Part shown: one piece after another, positions 40,201 to 55,500 of the stretch
How the letters are laid out: each line of letters opens with the position of its first letter
Numbering within the stretch: position 1 is the first letter of the stretch
DNA from: Auanema rhodensis
Lineage: Eukaryota; Animalia; Nematoda
Length of the DNA stretch: 64,000 nucleotides
Assembly: GCA_964057225.1 (NCBI GenBank)
Contig: OZ059895.1
Coordinates: 2,914,001-2,978,000, forward strand
Direction of reading: 5' to 3'
Position numbers and translations under genes: made by a program
The notes under the pieces: generated by a model
What the model was told of the DNA's origin: nothing
Seen by the model: only the letters and a program-made list of their open reading frames with translations
Databases searched by the model: none

Positions 40201-43200
40201 TTTTTTGTATCTATCTTGTAAAGATAGTAATTATATCATATGTTGAACACTATGTTGGAAAGATTTTAATTCAGATTTTCTAACTTTTATTCAGTTTGTT
40301 TTTTAAACTTTGATTAAGAACTTTGATTTTTGTACACCCATAAATTATACGCAGCACAGGTTACCCTTGAATAATGAACTGACCGACTAATCAGACATGG
40401 ATCTTTCCTAGTTCTGTTGCTTGAATGGATGTTTTCCTACGTAGGCTAGTAAAACATGCCCTTCAAAGCATCAGAACATGTGATCACATTCCAATTTTTT
40501 TGTATCTATCTTGTAAAGATAGTAATTATATCATATGTTGAACACTATGTTGGAAAGATTTTAATTCAGATTTTCTAACTTTTATTCAGTTTGTTTTTTA
40601 AACTTTGATTAAGAACTTTGATTTTCGTACACCCATAAATTATACGCAGCACAGGTTACCCTTAAATAATGAACTGACCGACTAATCAGACATGGATCTT
40701 TCCTAGTTCTGTTGCTTGAATGGATGTTTTCCTACGTAGGCTAGTAAAACATGCCCTTCAAAGCATCAGAACATGTGATCACATTCCAATTTTTTTGTAT
40801 CTATCTTGTAAAGATAGTAATATATCATATGTTGAACACTATGTTGGAAAGATTTTAATTCAGATTTTCTAACTTTCATTCAGTTTGTTTTTTAAACTTT
40901 GATTAAGAACTTTGATTTTTGTACACCCATAAATTATACGCAGCACAGGTTACCCTTGAATAATGAACTGACCGACTAATCAGACATGGATCTTTCCTAG
41001 TTCTGTTGCTTGAATGGATGTTTTCCTACGTAGGCTAGTAAAACATGCCCTTCAAAGCATCAGAACATGTGATCACATTCCAATTTTTTTGTATCTATCT
41101 TGTAAAGATAGTAATAAACTTTGATTTTTGTACACCCATAAATTATACGCAGCACAGGTTACCCTTAAATAATGAACTGACCGACTAATCAGACATGGAT
41201 CTTTCCAAGTTCTGTTGCTTGAACGGATGTTTTCCTACGTAGGCTAGTAAAACATGCCCTTCAAAGCATCAGAACATGTGACCACATTCCAATTTTTTTG
41301 TATCTATCTTGTAAAGATAGTAATAAACTTTGATTTTTGTACACCCATAAATTATACGCAGCACAGGTTACCCTTAAATAATGAACTGACCGACTAATCA
41401 GACATGGATCTTTCCTAGTTCTGTTGCTTGAATGGATGTTTTCCTACGTAGGCTAGTGAAACATGCCCTTCAAAGCATCAGAACATGTGATCACATTCCA
41501 ATTTTTTTGTATCTATCTTGTAAAGATTGTAATATATCATATGTTGAACACTATGTTGGAAAGATTTTAATTCAGATTTACGAACTTTTATTCAGTTTGT
41601 TTTTTAAACTTTGATTAAGAACTTTGATTTTTGTACACCCATAAATTATACGCAGCACAGGTTACCCTTAAATAATGAACTGACCGACTAATCAGACATG
41701 GATCTTTCCAAGTTCTGTTGCTTGAACGGATGTTTTCCTACGTAGGCTAGTAAAACATGCCCTTCAAAGCATCAGAACATGTGATCACATTCCAATTTTT
41801 TTGTATCTATCTTGTAAAGATAGTAATTATATCATATGTTGAACACTATGTTGGAAAGATTTTAATTCAGATTTTCTAACTTTTATTCAGTTTGTTTTTT
41901 AAACTTTGATTAAGAACTTTGATTTTTGTACACCCATAAATTATACGCAGCACAGGTTACCCTTGAATAATGAACTGACCGACTAATCAGACATGGATCT
42001 TTCCTAGTTCTGTTGCTTGAATGGATGTTTTCCTACGTAGGCTAGTAAAACATGCCCTTCAAAGCATCAGAACATGTGATCACATTCCAATTTTTTTGTA
42101 TCTATCTTGTAAAGATAGTAATATATCATATGTTGAACACTATGTTGGAAAGATTTTAATTCGGTTTTTTTTCAACTTTCACTCAGTTTGTTTTCTTAAC
42201 TTTGATTAAGAACCTTGAGTTTTGTACACCCATAAATTATACGCAGCACAGGTTACCCTTAAATAATGAACTGACCGACTAATCAGACATGGATCTTTCC
42301 TAGTTCTGTTGCTTGAATGGATGTTTTCCTACGTAGGCTAGTAAAACATGCCCTTCAAAGCATCAGAACATGTGATCACATTCCAATTTTTTTGTATCTA
42401 TCTTGTAAAGATAGTAATTATATCATATGTTGAACACTATGTTGGAAAGATTTTAATTCAGATTTTCTAACTTTTATTCAGTTTGTTTTTTAAACTTTGA
42501 TTAAGAACTTTGATTTTTGTACACCCATAAATTATACGCAGCACAGGTTACCCTTGAATAATGAACTGACCGACTAATCAGACATGGATCTTTCCTAGTT
42601 CTGTTGCTTGAATGGATGTTTTCCTACGTAGGCTAGTAAAACATGCCCTTCAAAGCATCAGAACATGTGATCACATTCCAATTTTTTTGTATCTATCTTG
42701 TAAAGATAGTAATTATATCATATGTTGAACACTATGTTGGAAAGATTTTAATTCAGATTTTCTAACTTTTATTCAGTTTGTTTTTTAAACTTTGATTAAG
42801 AACTTTGATTTTCGTACACCCATAAATTATACGCAGCACAGGTTACCCTTAAATAATGAACTGACCGACTAATCAGACATGGATCTTTCCTAGTTCTGTT
42901 GCTTGAATGGATGTTTTCCTACGTAGGCTAGTAAAACATGCCCTTCAAAGCATCAGAACATGTGATCACATTCCAATTTTTTTGTATCTATCTTGTAAAG
43001 ATAGTAATATATCATATGTTGAACACTATGTTGGAAAGATTTTAATTCAGATTTTCTAACTTTCATTCAGTTTGTTTTTTAAACTTTGATTAAGAACTTT
43101 GATTTTTGTACACCCATAAATTATACGCAGCACAGGTTACCCTTGAATAATGAACTGACCGACTAATCAGACATGGATCTTTCCTAGTTCTGTTGCTTGA

Positions 43201-46200
43201 ATGGATGTTTTCCTACGTAGGCTAGTAAAACATGCCCTTCAAAGCATCAGAACATGTGATCACATTCCAATTTTTTTGTATCTATCTTGTAAAGATAGTA
43301 ATAAACTTTGATTTTTGTACACCCATAAATTATACGCAGCACAGGTTACCCTTAAATAATGAACTGACCGACTAATCAGACATGGATCTTTCCAAGTTCT
43401 GTTGCTTGAACGGATGTTTTCCTACGTAGGCTAGTAAAACATGCCCTTCAAAGCATCAGAACATGTGACCACATTCCAATTTTTTTGTATCTATCTTGTA
43501 AAGATAGTAATAAACTTTGATTTTTGTACACCCATAAATTATACGCAGCACAGGTTACCCTTAAATAATGAACTGACCGACTAATCAGACATGGATCTTT
43601 CCTAGTTCTGTTGCTTGAATGGATGTTTTCCTACGTAGGCTAGTGAAACATGCCCTTCAAAGCATCAGAACATGTGATCACATTCCAATTTTTTTGTATC
43701 TATCTTGTAAAGATTGTAATATATCATATGTTGAACACTATGTTGGAAAGATTTTAATTCAGATTTACGAACTTTTATTCAGTTTGTTTTTTAAACTTTG
43801 ATTAAGAACTTTGATTTTTGTACACCCATAAATTATACGCAGCACAGGTTACCCTTAAATAATGAACTGACCGACTAATCAGACATGGATCTTTCCAAGT
43901 TCTGTTGCTTGAACGGATGTTTTCCTACGTAGGCTAGTAAAACATGCCCTTCAAAGCATCAGAACATGTGATCACATTTCAATTTTTTTGTATCTATCTT
44001 GTAAAGATAGTAATATATCATATGTTGAACACTATGTTGGAAAGATTTTAATTCAGATTTTTTCAACTTTCACTCAGTTTGTTTTCTAAACTTTGATTAA
44101 GAACCTTGTTGTTTGTACACCCATAAAATATACGCAGCACAGGTTACCCTTAAATAATGAACTGACCGTCTAATCAGACATGGATCTTCCCAAGTTCTGT
44201 TGCTTGAATGGATGTTTTCCTACGTAGGCTAGTAAAACATGCCCTTCAAAGCATCAGAACATGTGATCACATTCCAATTTTTTTGTATCTATCTTGTAAA
44301 GATAGTAATATATCATATGTTGAACACTATGTTGGAAAGATTTTAATTCGGTTTTTTTTCAACTTTCACTCAGTTTGTTTTCTTAACTTTGATTAAGAAC
44401 CTTGAGTTTTGTACACCCATAAATTATACGCAGCACAGGTTACCCTTAAATAATGAACTGACCGACTAATCAGACATGGATCTTTCCTAGTTCTGTTGCT
44501 TGAATGGATGTTTTCCTACGTAGGCTAGTAAAACATGCCCTTCAAAGCATCAGAACATGTGATCACATTCCAATTTTTTTGTATCTATCTTGTAAAGATA
44601 GTAATTATATCATATGTTGAACACTATGTTGGAAAGATTTTAATTCAGATTTTCTAACTTTTATTCAGTTTGTTTTTTAAACTTTGATTAAGAACTTTGA
44701 TTTTCGTACACCCATAAATTTTACGCAGCACAGGTTACCCTTAAATAATGAACTGACCGACTAATCAGACATGGATCTTTCCTAGTTCTGTTGCTTGAAT
44801 GGATGTTTTCCTACGTAGGCTAGTAAAACATGCCCTTCAAAGCATCAGAACATGTGACCACATTCCAATTTTTTTGTATCTATCTTGTAAAGATAGTAAT
44901 ATATCATATGTTGAACACTATGTTGGAAAGATTTTAATTCGGTTTTTTTTCAACTTTCACTCAGTTTGTTTTCTTAACTTTGATTAAGAACCTTGAGTTT
45001 TGTACACCCATAAATTATACGCAGCACAGGTTACCCTTAAATAATGAACTGACCGACTAATCAGACATGGATCTTTCCTAGTTCTGTTGCTTGAATGGAT
45101 GTTTTCCTACGTAGGCTAGTAAAACATGCCCTTCAAAGCATCAGAACATGTGATCACATTCCAATTTTTTTGTATCTATCTTGTAAAGATAGTAATTATA
45201 TCATATGTTGAACACTATGTTGGAAAGATTTTAATTCAGATTTTCTAACTTTTATTCAGTTTGTTTTTTAAACTTTGATTAAGAACTTTGATTTTTGTAC
45301 ACCCATAAATTATACGCAGCACAGGTTACCCTTGAATAATGAACTGACCGACTAATCAGACATGGATCTTTCCTAGTTCTGTTGCTTGAATGGATGTTTT
45401 CCTACGTAGGCTAGTAAAACATGCCCTTCAAAGCATCAGAACATGTGATCACATTCCAATTTTTTTGTATCTATCTTGTAAAGATAGTAATTATATCATA
45501 TGTTGAACACTATGTTGGAAAGATTTTAATTCAGATTTTCTAACTTTTATTCAGTTTGTTTTTTAAACTTTGATTAAGAACTTTGATTTTCGTACACCCA
45601 TAAATTATACGCAGCACAGGTTACCCTTAAATAATGAACTGACCGACTAATCAGACATGGATCTTTCCAAGTTCTGTTGCTTGAACGGATGTTTCCCTAC
45701 GTAGGCTAGTAAAACATGCCCTTCAAAGCATCAGAACATGTGATCACATTTCAATTTTTTTGTATCTATCTTGTAAAGATAGTAATATATCATATGTTGA
45801 ACACTATGTTGGAAAGATTTTAATTCAGATTTTTTCAACTTTCACTCAGTTTGTTTTCTAAACTTTGATTAAGAACCTTGTTGTTTGTACACCCATAAAA
45901 TATACGCAGCACAGGTTACCCTTAAATAATGAACTGACCGTCTAATCAGACATGGATCTTCCCAAGTTCTGTTGCTTGAATGGATGTTTTCCTACGTAGG
46001 CTAGTAAAACATGCCCTTCAAAGCATCAGAACATGTGATCACATTCCAATTTTTTTGTATCTATCTTGTAAAGATAGTAATATATCATATGTTGAACACT
46101 ATGTTGGAAAGATTTTAATTCGGTTTTTTTTCAACTTTCACTCAGTTTGTTTTCTTAACTTTGATTAAGAACCTTGAGTTTTGTACACCCATAAATTATA

Positions 46201-49200
46201 CGCAGCACAGGTTACCCTTAAATAATGAACTGACCGACTAATCAGACATGGATCTTTCCTAGTTCTGTTGCTTGAATGGATGTTTTCCTACGTAGGCTAG
46301 TAAAACATGCCCTTCAAAGCATCAGAACATGTGATCACATTCCAATTTTTTTGTATCTATCTTGTAAAGATAGTAATTATATCATATGTTGAACACTATG
46401 TTGGAAAGATTTTAATTCAGATTTTCTAACTTTTATTCAGTTTGTTTTTTAAACTTTGATTAAGAACTTTGATTTTCGTACACCCATAAATTATACGCAG
46501 CACAGGTTACCCTTAAATAATGAACTGACCGACTAATCAGACATGGATCTTTCCAAGTTCTGTTGCTTGAATGGATGTTTTCCTACGTAGGCTAGTAAAA
46601 CATGCCCTTCAAAGCATCAGAACATGTGATCACATTCCAATTTTTTTGTATCTATCTTGTAAAGATAGTAATATATCATATGTTGAACACTATGTTGGAA
46701 AGATTTTAATTCGGTTTTTTTTCAACTTTCACTCAGTTTGTTTTCTTAACTTTGATTAAGAACCTTGAGTTTTGTACACCCATAAATTATACGCAGCACA
46801 GGTTACCCTTAAATAATGAACTGACCGACTAATCAGACATGGATCTTTCCTAGTTCTGTTGCTTGAATGGATGTTTTCCTACGTAGGCTAGTAAAACATG
46901 CCCTTCAAAGCATCAGAACATGTGATCACATTCCAATTTTTTTGTATCTATCTTGTAAAGATAGTAATTATATCATATGTTGAACACTATGTTGGAAAGA
47001 TTTTAATTCAGATTTTCTAACTTTTATTCAGTTTGTTTTTTAAACTTTGATTAAGAACTTTGATTTTCGTACACCCATAAATTTTACGCAGCACAGGTTA
47101 CCCTTAAATAATGAACTGACCGACTAATCAGACATGGATCTTTCCTAGTTCTGTTGCTTGAATGGATGTTTTCCTACGTAGGCTAGTAAAACATGCCCTT
47201 CAAAGCATCAGAACATGTGACCACATTCCAATTTTTTTGTATCTATCTTGTAAAGATAGTAATATATCATATGTTGAACACTATGTTGGAAAGATTTTAA
47301 TTCGGTTTTTTTTCAACTTTCACTCAGTTTGTTTTCTTAACTTTGATTAAGAACCTTGAGTTTTGTACACCCATAAATTATACGCAGCACAGGTTACCCT
47401 TAAATAATGAACTGACCGACTAATCAGACATGGATCTTTCCTAGTTCTGTTGCTTGAATGGATGTTTTCCTACGTAGGCTAGTAAAACATGCCCTTCAAA
47501 GCATCAGAACATGTGATCACATTCCAATTTTTTTGTATCTATCTTGTAAAGATAGTAATTATATCATATGTTGAACACTATGTTGGAAAGATTTTAATTC
47601 AGATTTTCTAACTTTTATTCAGTTTGTTTTTTAAACTTTGATTAAGAACTTTGATTTTTGTACACCCATAAATTATACGCAGCACAGGTTACCCTTGAAT
47701 AATGAACTGACCGACTAATCAGACATGGATCTTTCCTAGTTCTGTTGCTTGAATGGATGTTTTCCTACGTAGGCTAGTAAAACATGCCCTTCAAAGCATC
47801 AGAACATGTGATCACATTCCAATTTTTTTGTATCTATCTTGTAAAGATAGTAATTATATCATATGTTGAACACTATGTTGGAAAGATTTTAATTCAGATT
47901 TTCTAACTTTTATTCAGTTTGTTTTTTAAACTTTGATTAAGAACTTTGATTTTCGTACACCCATAAATTATACGCAGCACAGGTTACCCTTAAATAATGA
48001 ACTGACCGACTAATCAGACATGGATCTTTCCTAGTTCTGTTGCTTGAATGGATGTTTTCCTACGTAGGCTAGTAAAACATGCCCTTCAAAGCATCAGAAC
48101 ATGTGATCACATTCCAATTTTTTTGTATCTATCTTGTAAAGATAGTAATATATCATATGTTGAACACTATGTTGGAAAGATTTTAATTCAGATTTTCTAA
48201 CTTTCATTCAGTTTGTTTTTTAAACTTTGATTAAGAACTTTGATTTTTGTACACCCATAAATTATACGCAGCACAGGTTACCCTTGAATAATGAACTGAC
48301 CGACTAATCAGACATGGATCTTTCCTAGTTCTGTTGCTTGAATGGATGTTTTCCTACGTAGGCTAGTAAAACATGCCCTTCAAAGCATCAGAACATGTGA
48401 TCACATTCCAATTTTTTTGTATCTATCTTGTAAAGATAGTAATAAACTTTGATTTTTGTACACCCATAAATTATACGCAGCACAGGTTACCCTTAAATAA
48501 TGAACTGACCGACTAATCAGACATGGATCTTTCCAAGTTCTGTTGCTTGAACGGATGTTTTCCTACGTAGGCTAGTAAAACATGCCCTTCAAAGCATCAG
48601 AACATGTGACCACATTCCAATTTTTTTGTATCTATCTTGTAAAGATAGTAATAAACTTTGATTTTTGTACACCCATAAATTATACGCAGCACAGGTTACC
48701 CTTAAATAATGAACTGACCGACTAATCAGACATGGATCTTTCCTAGTTCTGTTGCTTGAATGGATGTTTTCCTACGTAGGCTAGTGAAACATGCCCTTCA
48801 AAGCATCAGAACATGTGATCACATTCCAATTTTTTTGTATCTATCTTGTAAAGATTGTAATATATCATATGTTGAACACTATGTTGGAAAGATTTTAATT
48901 CAGATTTACGAACTTTTATTCAGTTTGTTTTTTAAACTTTGATTAAGAACTTTGATTTTTGTACACCCATAAATTATACGCAGCACAGGTTACCCTTAAA
49001 TAATGAACTGACCGACTAATCAGACATGGATCTTTCCAAGTTCTGTTGCTTGAATGGATGTTTTCCTACGTAGGCTAGTAAAACATGCCCTTCAAAGCAT
49101 CAGAACATGTGACCACATTCCAATTTTTTTGTATCTATCTTGTAAAGATAGTAATATATCATATGTTGAACACTATGTTGGAAAGATTTTAATTCGGTTT

Positions 49201-49939
49201 TTTTTCAACTTTCACTCAGTTTGTTTTCTTAACTTTGATTAAGAACCTTGAGTTTTGTACACCCATAAATTATACGCAGCACAGGTTACCCTTAAATAAT
49301 GAACTGACCGACTAATCAGACATGGATCTTTCCTAGTTCTGTTGCTTGAATGGATGTTTTCCTACGTAGGCTAGTAAAACATGCCCTTCAAAGCATCAGA
49401 ACATGTGATCACATTCCAATTTTTTTGTATCTATCTTGTAAAGATAGTAATTATATCATATGTTGAACACTATGTTGGAAAGATTTTAATTCAGATTTTC
49501 TAACTTTTATTCAGTTTGTTTTTTAAACTTTGATTAAGAACTTTGATTTTTGTACACCCATAAATTATACGCAGCACAGGTTACCCTTGAATAATGAACT
49601 GACCGACTAATCAGACATGGATCTTTCCTAGTTCTGTTGCTTGAATGGATGTTTTCCTACGTAGGCTAGTAAAACATGCCCTTCAAAGCATCAGAACATG
49701 TGATCACATTCCAATTTTTTTGTATCTATCTTGTAAAGATAGTAATTATATCATATGTTGAACACTATGTTGGAAAGATTTTAATTCAGATTTTCTAACT
49801 TTTATTCAGTTTGTTTTTTAAACTTTGATTAAGAACTTTGATTTTCGTACACCCATAAGTTATACGCAGCACAGGTTACCCTTAAATAATGAACTGACCG
49901 ACTAATCAGACATGGATCTTTCCTAGTTCTGTTGCTTGA

Positions 49940-52541
49940 ATGGATGTTTTCCTACGTAGGCTAGTAAAACATGCCCTTCAAAGCATCAGAACATGTGATC
50001 ACATTCCAATTTTTTTGTATCTATCTTGTAAAGATAGTAATATATCATATGTTGAACACTATGTTGGAAAGATTTTAATTCAGATTTTCTAACTTTCATT
50101 CAGTTTGTTTTTTAAACTTTGATTAAGAACTTTGATTTTTGTACACCCATAAATTATACGCAGCACAGGTTACCCTTGAATAATGAACTGACCGACTAAT
50201 CAGACATGGATCTTTCCTAGTTCTGTTGCTTGAATGGATGTTTTCCTACGTAGGCTAGTAAAACATGCCCTTCAAAGCATCAGAACATGTGATCACATTC
50301 CAATTTTTTTGTATCTATCTTGTAAAGATAGTAATAAACTTTGATTTTTGTACACCCATAAATTATACGCAGCACAGGTTACCCTTAAATAATGAACTGA
50401 CCGACTAATCAGACATGGATCTTTCCAAGTTCTGTTGCTTGAACGGATGTTTTCCTACGTAGGCTAGTAAAACATGCCCTTCAAAGCATCAGAACATGTG
50501 ACCACATTCCAATTTTTTTGTATCTATCTTGTAAAGATAGTAATAAACTTTGATTTTTGTACACCCATAAATTATACGCAGCACAGGTTACCCTTAAATA
50601 ATGAACTGACCGACTAATCAGACATGGATCTTTCCTAGTTCTGTTGCTTGAATGGATGTTTTCCTACGTAGGCTAGTGAAACATGCCCTTCAAAGCATCA
50701 GAACATGTGATCACATTCCAATTTTTTTGTATCTATCTTGTAAAGATTGTAATATATCATATGTTGAACACTATGTTGGAAAGATTTTAATTCAGATTTA
50801 CGAACTTTTATTCAGTTTGTTTTTTAAACTTTGATTAAGAACTTTGATTTTTGTACACCCATAAATTATACGCAGCACAGGTTACCCTTAAATAATGAAC
50901 TGACCGACTAATCAGACATGGATCTTTCCAAGTTCTGTTGCTTGAATGGATGTTTTCCTACGTAGGCTAGTAAAACATGCCCTTCAAAGCATCAGAACAT
51001 GTGACCACATTCCAATTTTTTTGTATCTATCTTGTAAAGATAGTAATATATCATATGTTGAACACTATGTTGGAAAGATTTTAATTCAGATTTTTTCAAC
51101 TTTCACTCAGTTTGTTTTCTAAACTTTGATTAAGAACCTTGAGTTCTGTACACCCATAAATTATAAGCAGCACAGGTTACCCTTAAATAATGAACTGACC
51201 GACTAATCAGACATGGATCTTTCCAAGTTCTGTTGCTTGAATGGATGTTTTCCTACGTAGGCTAGTAAAACATGCCCTTCAAAGCATCAGAACATGTGAT
51301 CACATTCCAATTTTTTTGTATCTATCTTGTAAAGATAGTAATATATCATATGTTGAACACTATGTTGGAAAGATTTTAATTCAGATTTTCTAACTTTCAT
51401 TCAGTTTGTTTTTTAAACTTTGATTAAGAACTTTGATTTTTGTACACCCATAAATTATACGCAGCACAGGTTACCCTTGAATAATGAACTGACCGACTAA
51501 TCAGACATGGATCTTTCCTAGTTCTGTTGCTTGAATGGATGTTTTCCTACGTAGGCTAGTAAAACATGCCCTTCAAAGCATCAGAACATGTGATCACATT
51601 CCAATTTTTTTGTATCTATCTTGTAAAGATAGTAATAAACTTTGATTTTTGTACACCCATAAATTATACGCAGCACAGGTTACCCTTAAATAATGAACTG
51701 ACCGACTAATCAGACATGGATCTTTCCAAGTTCTGTTGCTTGAACGGATGTTTTCCTACGTAGGCTAGTAAAACATGCCCTTCAAAGCATCAGAACATGT
51801 GACCACATTCCAATTTTTTTGTATCTATCTTGTAAAGATAGTAATAAACTTTGATTTTTGTACACCCATAAATTATACGCAGCACAGGTTACCCTTAAAT
51901 AATGAACTGACCGACTAATCAGACATGGATCTTTCCTAGTTCTGTTGCTTGAATGGATGTTTTCCTACGTAGGCTAGTGAAACATGCCCTTCAAAGCATC
52001 AGAACATGTGATCACATTCCAATTTTTTTGTATCTATCTTGTAAAGATTGTAATATATCATATGTTGAACACTATGTTGGAAAGATTTTAATTCAGATTT
52101 ACGAACTTTTATTCAGTTTGTTTTTTAAACTTTGATTAAGAACTTTGATTTTTGTACACCCATAAATTATACGCAGCACAGGTTACCCTTAAATAATGAA
52201 CTGACCGACTAATCAGACATGGATCTTTCCAAGTTCTGTTGCTTGAATGGATGTTTTCCTACGTAGGCTAGTAAAACATGCCCTTCAAAGCATCAGAACA
52301 TGTGACCACATTCCAATTTTTTTGTATCTATCTTGTAAAGATAGTAATATATCATATGTTGAACACTATGTTGGAAAGATTTTAATTCAGATTTTTTCAA
52401 CTTTCACTCAGTTTGTTTTCTAAACTTTGATTAAGAACCTTGAGTTCTGTACACCCATAAATTATAAGCAGCACAGGTTACCCTTAAATAATGAACTGAC
52501 CGACTAATCAGACATGGATCTTTCCAAGTTCTGTTGCTTGA
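49940..52541. repeat. 1301 bp 5-mer tandem duplication (A-S-S-E'-B)
   Basis: Starts 50652/51953 differ by 1301. The allele pair GAGTTCTGTAC + TTATAAGCAG occurs together near 51146-51166 and 52447-52467. Confidence 0.88.
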
Positions 52542-55500
52542 ATGGATGTTTTCCTACGTAGGCTAGTAAAACATGCCCTTCAAAGCATCAGAACATGTGA
52601 CCACATTCCAATTTTTTTGTATCTATCTTGTAAAGATAGTAATATATCATATGTTGAACACTATGTTGGAAAGATTTTAATTCAGATTTTCTAACTTTTA
52701 TTCAGTTTGTTTTTTAAACTTTGATTAAGAACTTTGATTTTTGTACACCCATAAATTATACGCAGCACAGGTTACCCTTAAATAATGAACTGACCGACTA
52801 ATCAGACATGGATCTTTCCTAGTTCTGTTGCTTGAATGGATGTTTTCCTACGTAGGCTAGTAAAACATGCCCTTCAAAGCATCAGAACATGTGATCACAT
52901 TCCAATTTTTTTGTATCTATCTTGTAAAGATAGTAATTATATCATATGTTGAACACTATGTTGGAAAGATTTTAATTCAGATTTTCTAACTTTTATTCAG
53001 TTTGTTTTTTAAACTTTGATTAAGAACTTTGATTTTTGTACACCCATAAATTATACGCAGCACAGGTTACCCTTGAATAATGAACTGACCGACTAATCAG
53101 ACATGGATCTTTCCTAGTTCTGTTGCTTAAATGGATGTTTTCCTACGTAGGCTAGTAAAACATGCCCTTCAAAGCATCAGAACATGTGATCACATTCCAA
53201 TTTTTTTGTATCTATCTTGTAAAGATAGTAATTATATCATATGTTGAACACTATGTTGGAAAGATTTTAATTCAGATTTTCTAACTTTTATTCAGTTTGT
53301 TTTTTAAACTTTGATTAAGAACTTTGATTTTCGTACACCCATAAATTATACGCAGCACAGGTTACCCTTAAATAATGAACTGACCGACTAATCAGACATG
53401 GATCTTTCCTAGTTCTGTTGCTTGAATGGATGTTTTCCTACGTAGGCTAGTAAAACATGCCCTTCAAAGCATCAGAACATGTGATCACATTCCAATTTTT
53501 TTGTATCTATCTTGTAAAGATAGTAATATATCATATGTTGAACACTATGTTGGAAAGATTTTAATTCAGATTTTCTAACTTTCATTCAGTTTGTTTTTTA
53601 AACTTTGATTAAGAACTTTGATTTTTGTACACCCATAAATTATACGCAGCACAGGTTACCCTTGAATAATGAACTGACCGACTAATCAGACATGGATCTT
53701 TCCTAGTTCTGTTGCTTGAATGGATGTTTTCCTACGTAGGCTAGTAAAACATGCCCTTCAAAGCATCAGAACATGTGATCACATTCCAATTTTTTTGTAT
53801 CTATCTTGTAAAGATAGTAATAAACTTTGATTTTTGTACACCCATAAATTATACGCAGCACAGGTTACCCTTAAATAATGAACTGACCGACTAATCAGAC
53901 ATGGATCTTTCCAAGTTCTGTTGCTTGAACGGATGTTTTCCTACGTAGGCTAGTAAAACATGCCCTTCAAAGCATCAGAACATGTGACCACATTCCAATT
54001 TTTTTGTATCTATCTTGTAAAGATAGTAATAAACTTTGATTTTTGTACACCCATAAATTATACGCAGCACAGGTTACCCTTAAATAATGAACTGACCGAC
54101 TAATCAGACATGGATCTTTCCTAGTTCTGTTGCTTGAATGGATGTTTTCCTACGTAGGCTAGTGAAACATGCCCTTCAAAGCATCAGAACATGTGATCAC
54201 ATTCCAATTTTTTTGTATCTATCTTGTAAAGATTGTAATATATCATATGTTGAACACTATGTTGGAAAGATTTTAATTCAGATTTACGAACTTTTATTCA
54301 GTTTGTTTTTTAAACTTTGATTAAGAACTTTGATTTTTGTACACCCATAAATTATACGCAGCACAGGTTACCCTTAAATAATGAACTGACCGACTAATCA
54401 GACATGGATCTTTCCAAGTTCTGTTGCTTGAATGGATGTTTTCCTACGTAGGCTAGTAAAACATGCCCTTCAAAGCATCAGAACATGTGACCACATTCCA
54501 ATTTTTTTGTATCTATCTTGTAAAGATAGTAATATATCATATGTTGAACACTATGTTGGAAAGATTTTAATTCAGATTTTCTAACTTTTATTCAGTTTGT
54601 TTTTTAAACTTTGATTAAGAACTTTGATTTTTTACACCCATAAATTATACGCAGCACAGGTTACCCTTAAATAATGAACTGACCGACTAATCAGACATGG
54701 ATCTTTCCAAGTTCTGTTGCTTGAATGGATGTTTTCCTACGTAGGCTAGTAAAACATGCCCTTCAAAGCATCAGAACATGTGACCACATTCCAATTTTTT
54801 TGTATCTATCTTGTAAAGATAGTAATATATCATATGTTGAACACTATGTTGGAAAGATTTTAATTCAGATTTTTTCAACTTTCACTCAGTTTGTTTTCTA
54901 AACTTTGATTAAGAACCTTGAGTTCTGTACACCCATAAATTATATGCAGCACAGGTTACCCTTAAATAATGAACTGACCGACTAATCAGACATGGATCTT
55001 TCCAAGTTCTGTTGCTTGAATGGATGTTTTCCTACGTAGGCTAGTAAAACATGCCCTTCAAAGCATCAGAACATGTGACCACATTCCAATTTTTTTGTAT
55101 CTATCTTGTAAAGATAGTAATATATCATATGTTGAACACTATGTTGGAAAGATTTTAATTCAGATTTTCTAACTTTTATTCAGTTTGTTTTTTAAACTTT
55201 GATTAAGAACTTTGATTTTTGTACACACATAAATTATACGCAGCACAGGTTACCCTTAAATAATGAACTGACTGTCTAATCAGACATGGATCTTTCCAAG
55301 TTCTGTTGCTTGAATGGATGTTTTCCTACGTAGGCTAGTAAAACATGCCCTTCAAAGCATCAGAACATGTGATCACATTCCAATTTTTTTGTATCTATCT
55401 TGTAAAGATAGTAATATATCATATGTTGAACACTATGTTGGAAAGATTTTAATTCAGATTTTCGAACTTTTATTCAGTTTGTTTTTTAAACTTTGATTAA

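Larger units (their letters stand above)
33599..54431. repeat. Domain with a recurring cassette A(TTTCATTC)-S-S(GACC)-E'(TAGTGAAA, GATTGTAA), 7 copies
   Basis: E' monomers start at 34311, 41432, 43619, 48760, 50652, 51953 and 54138. Each is preceded by two adjacent 209 bp monomers. Confidence 0.9.
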
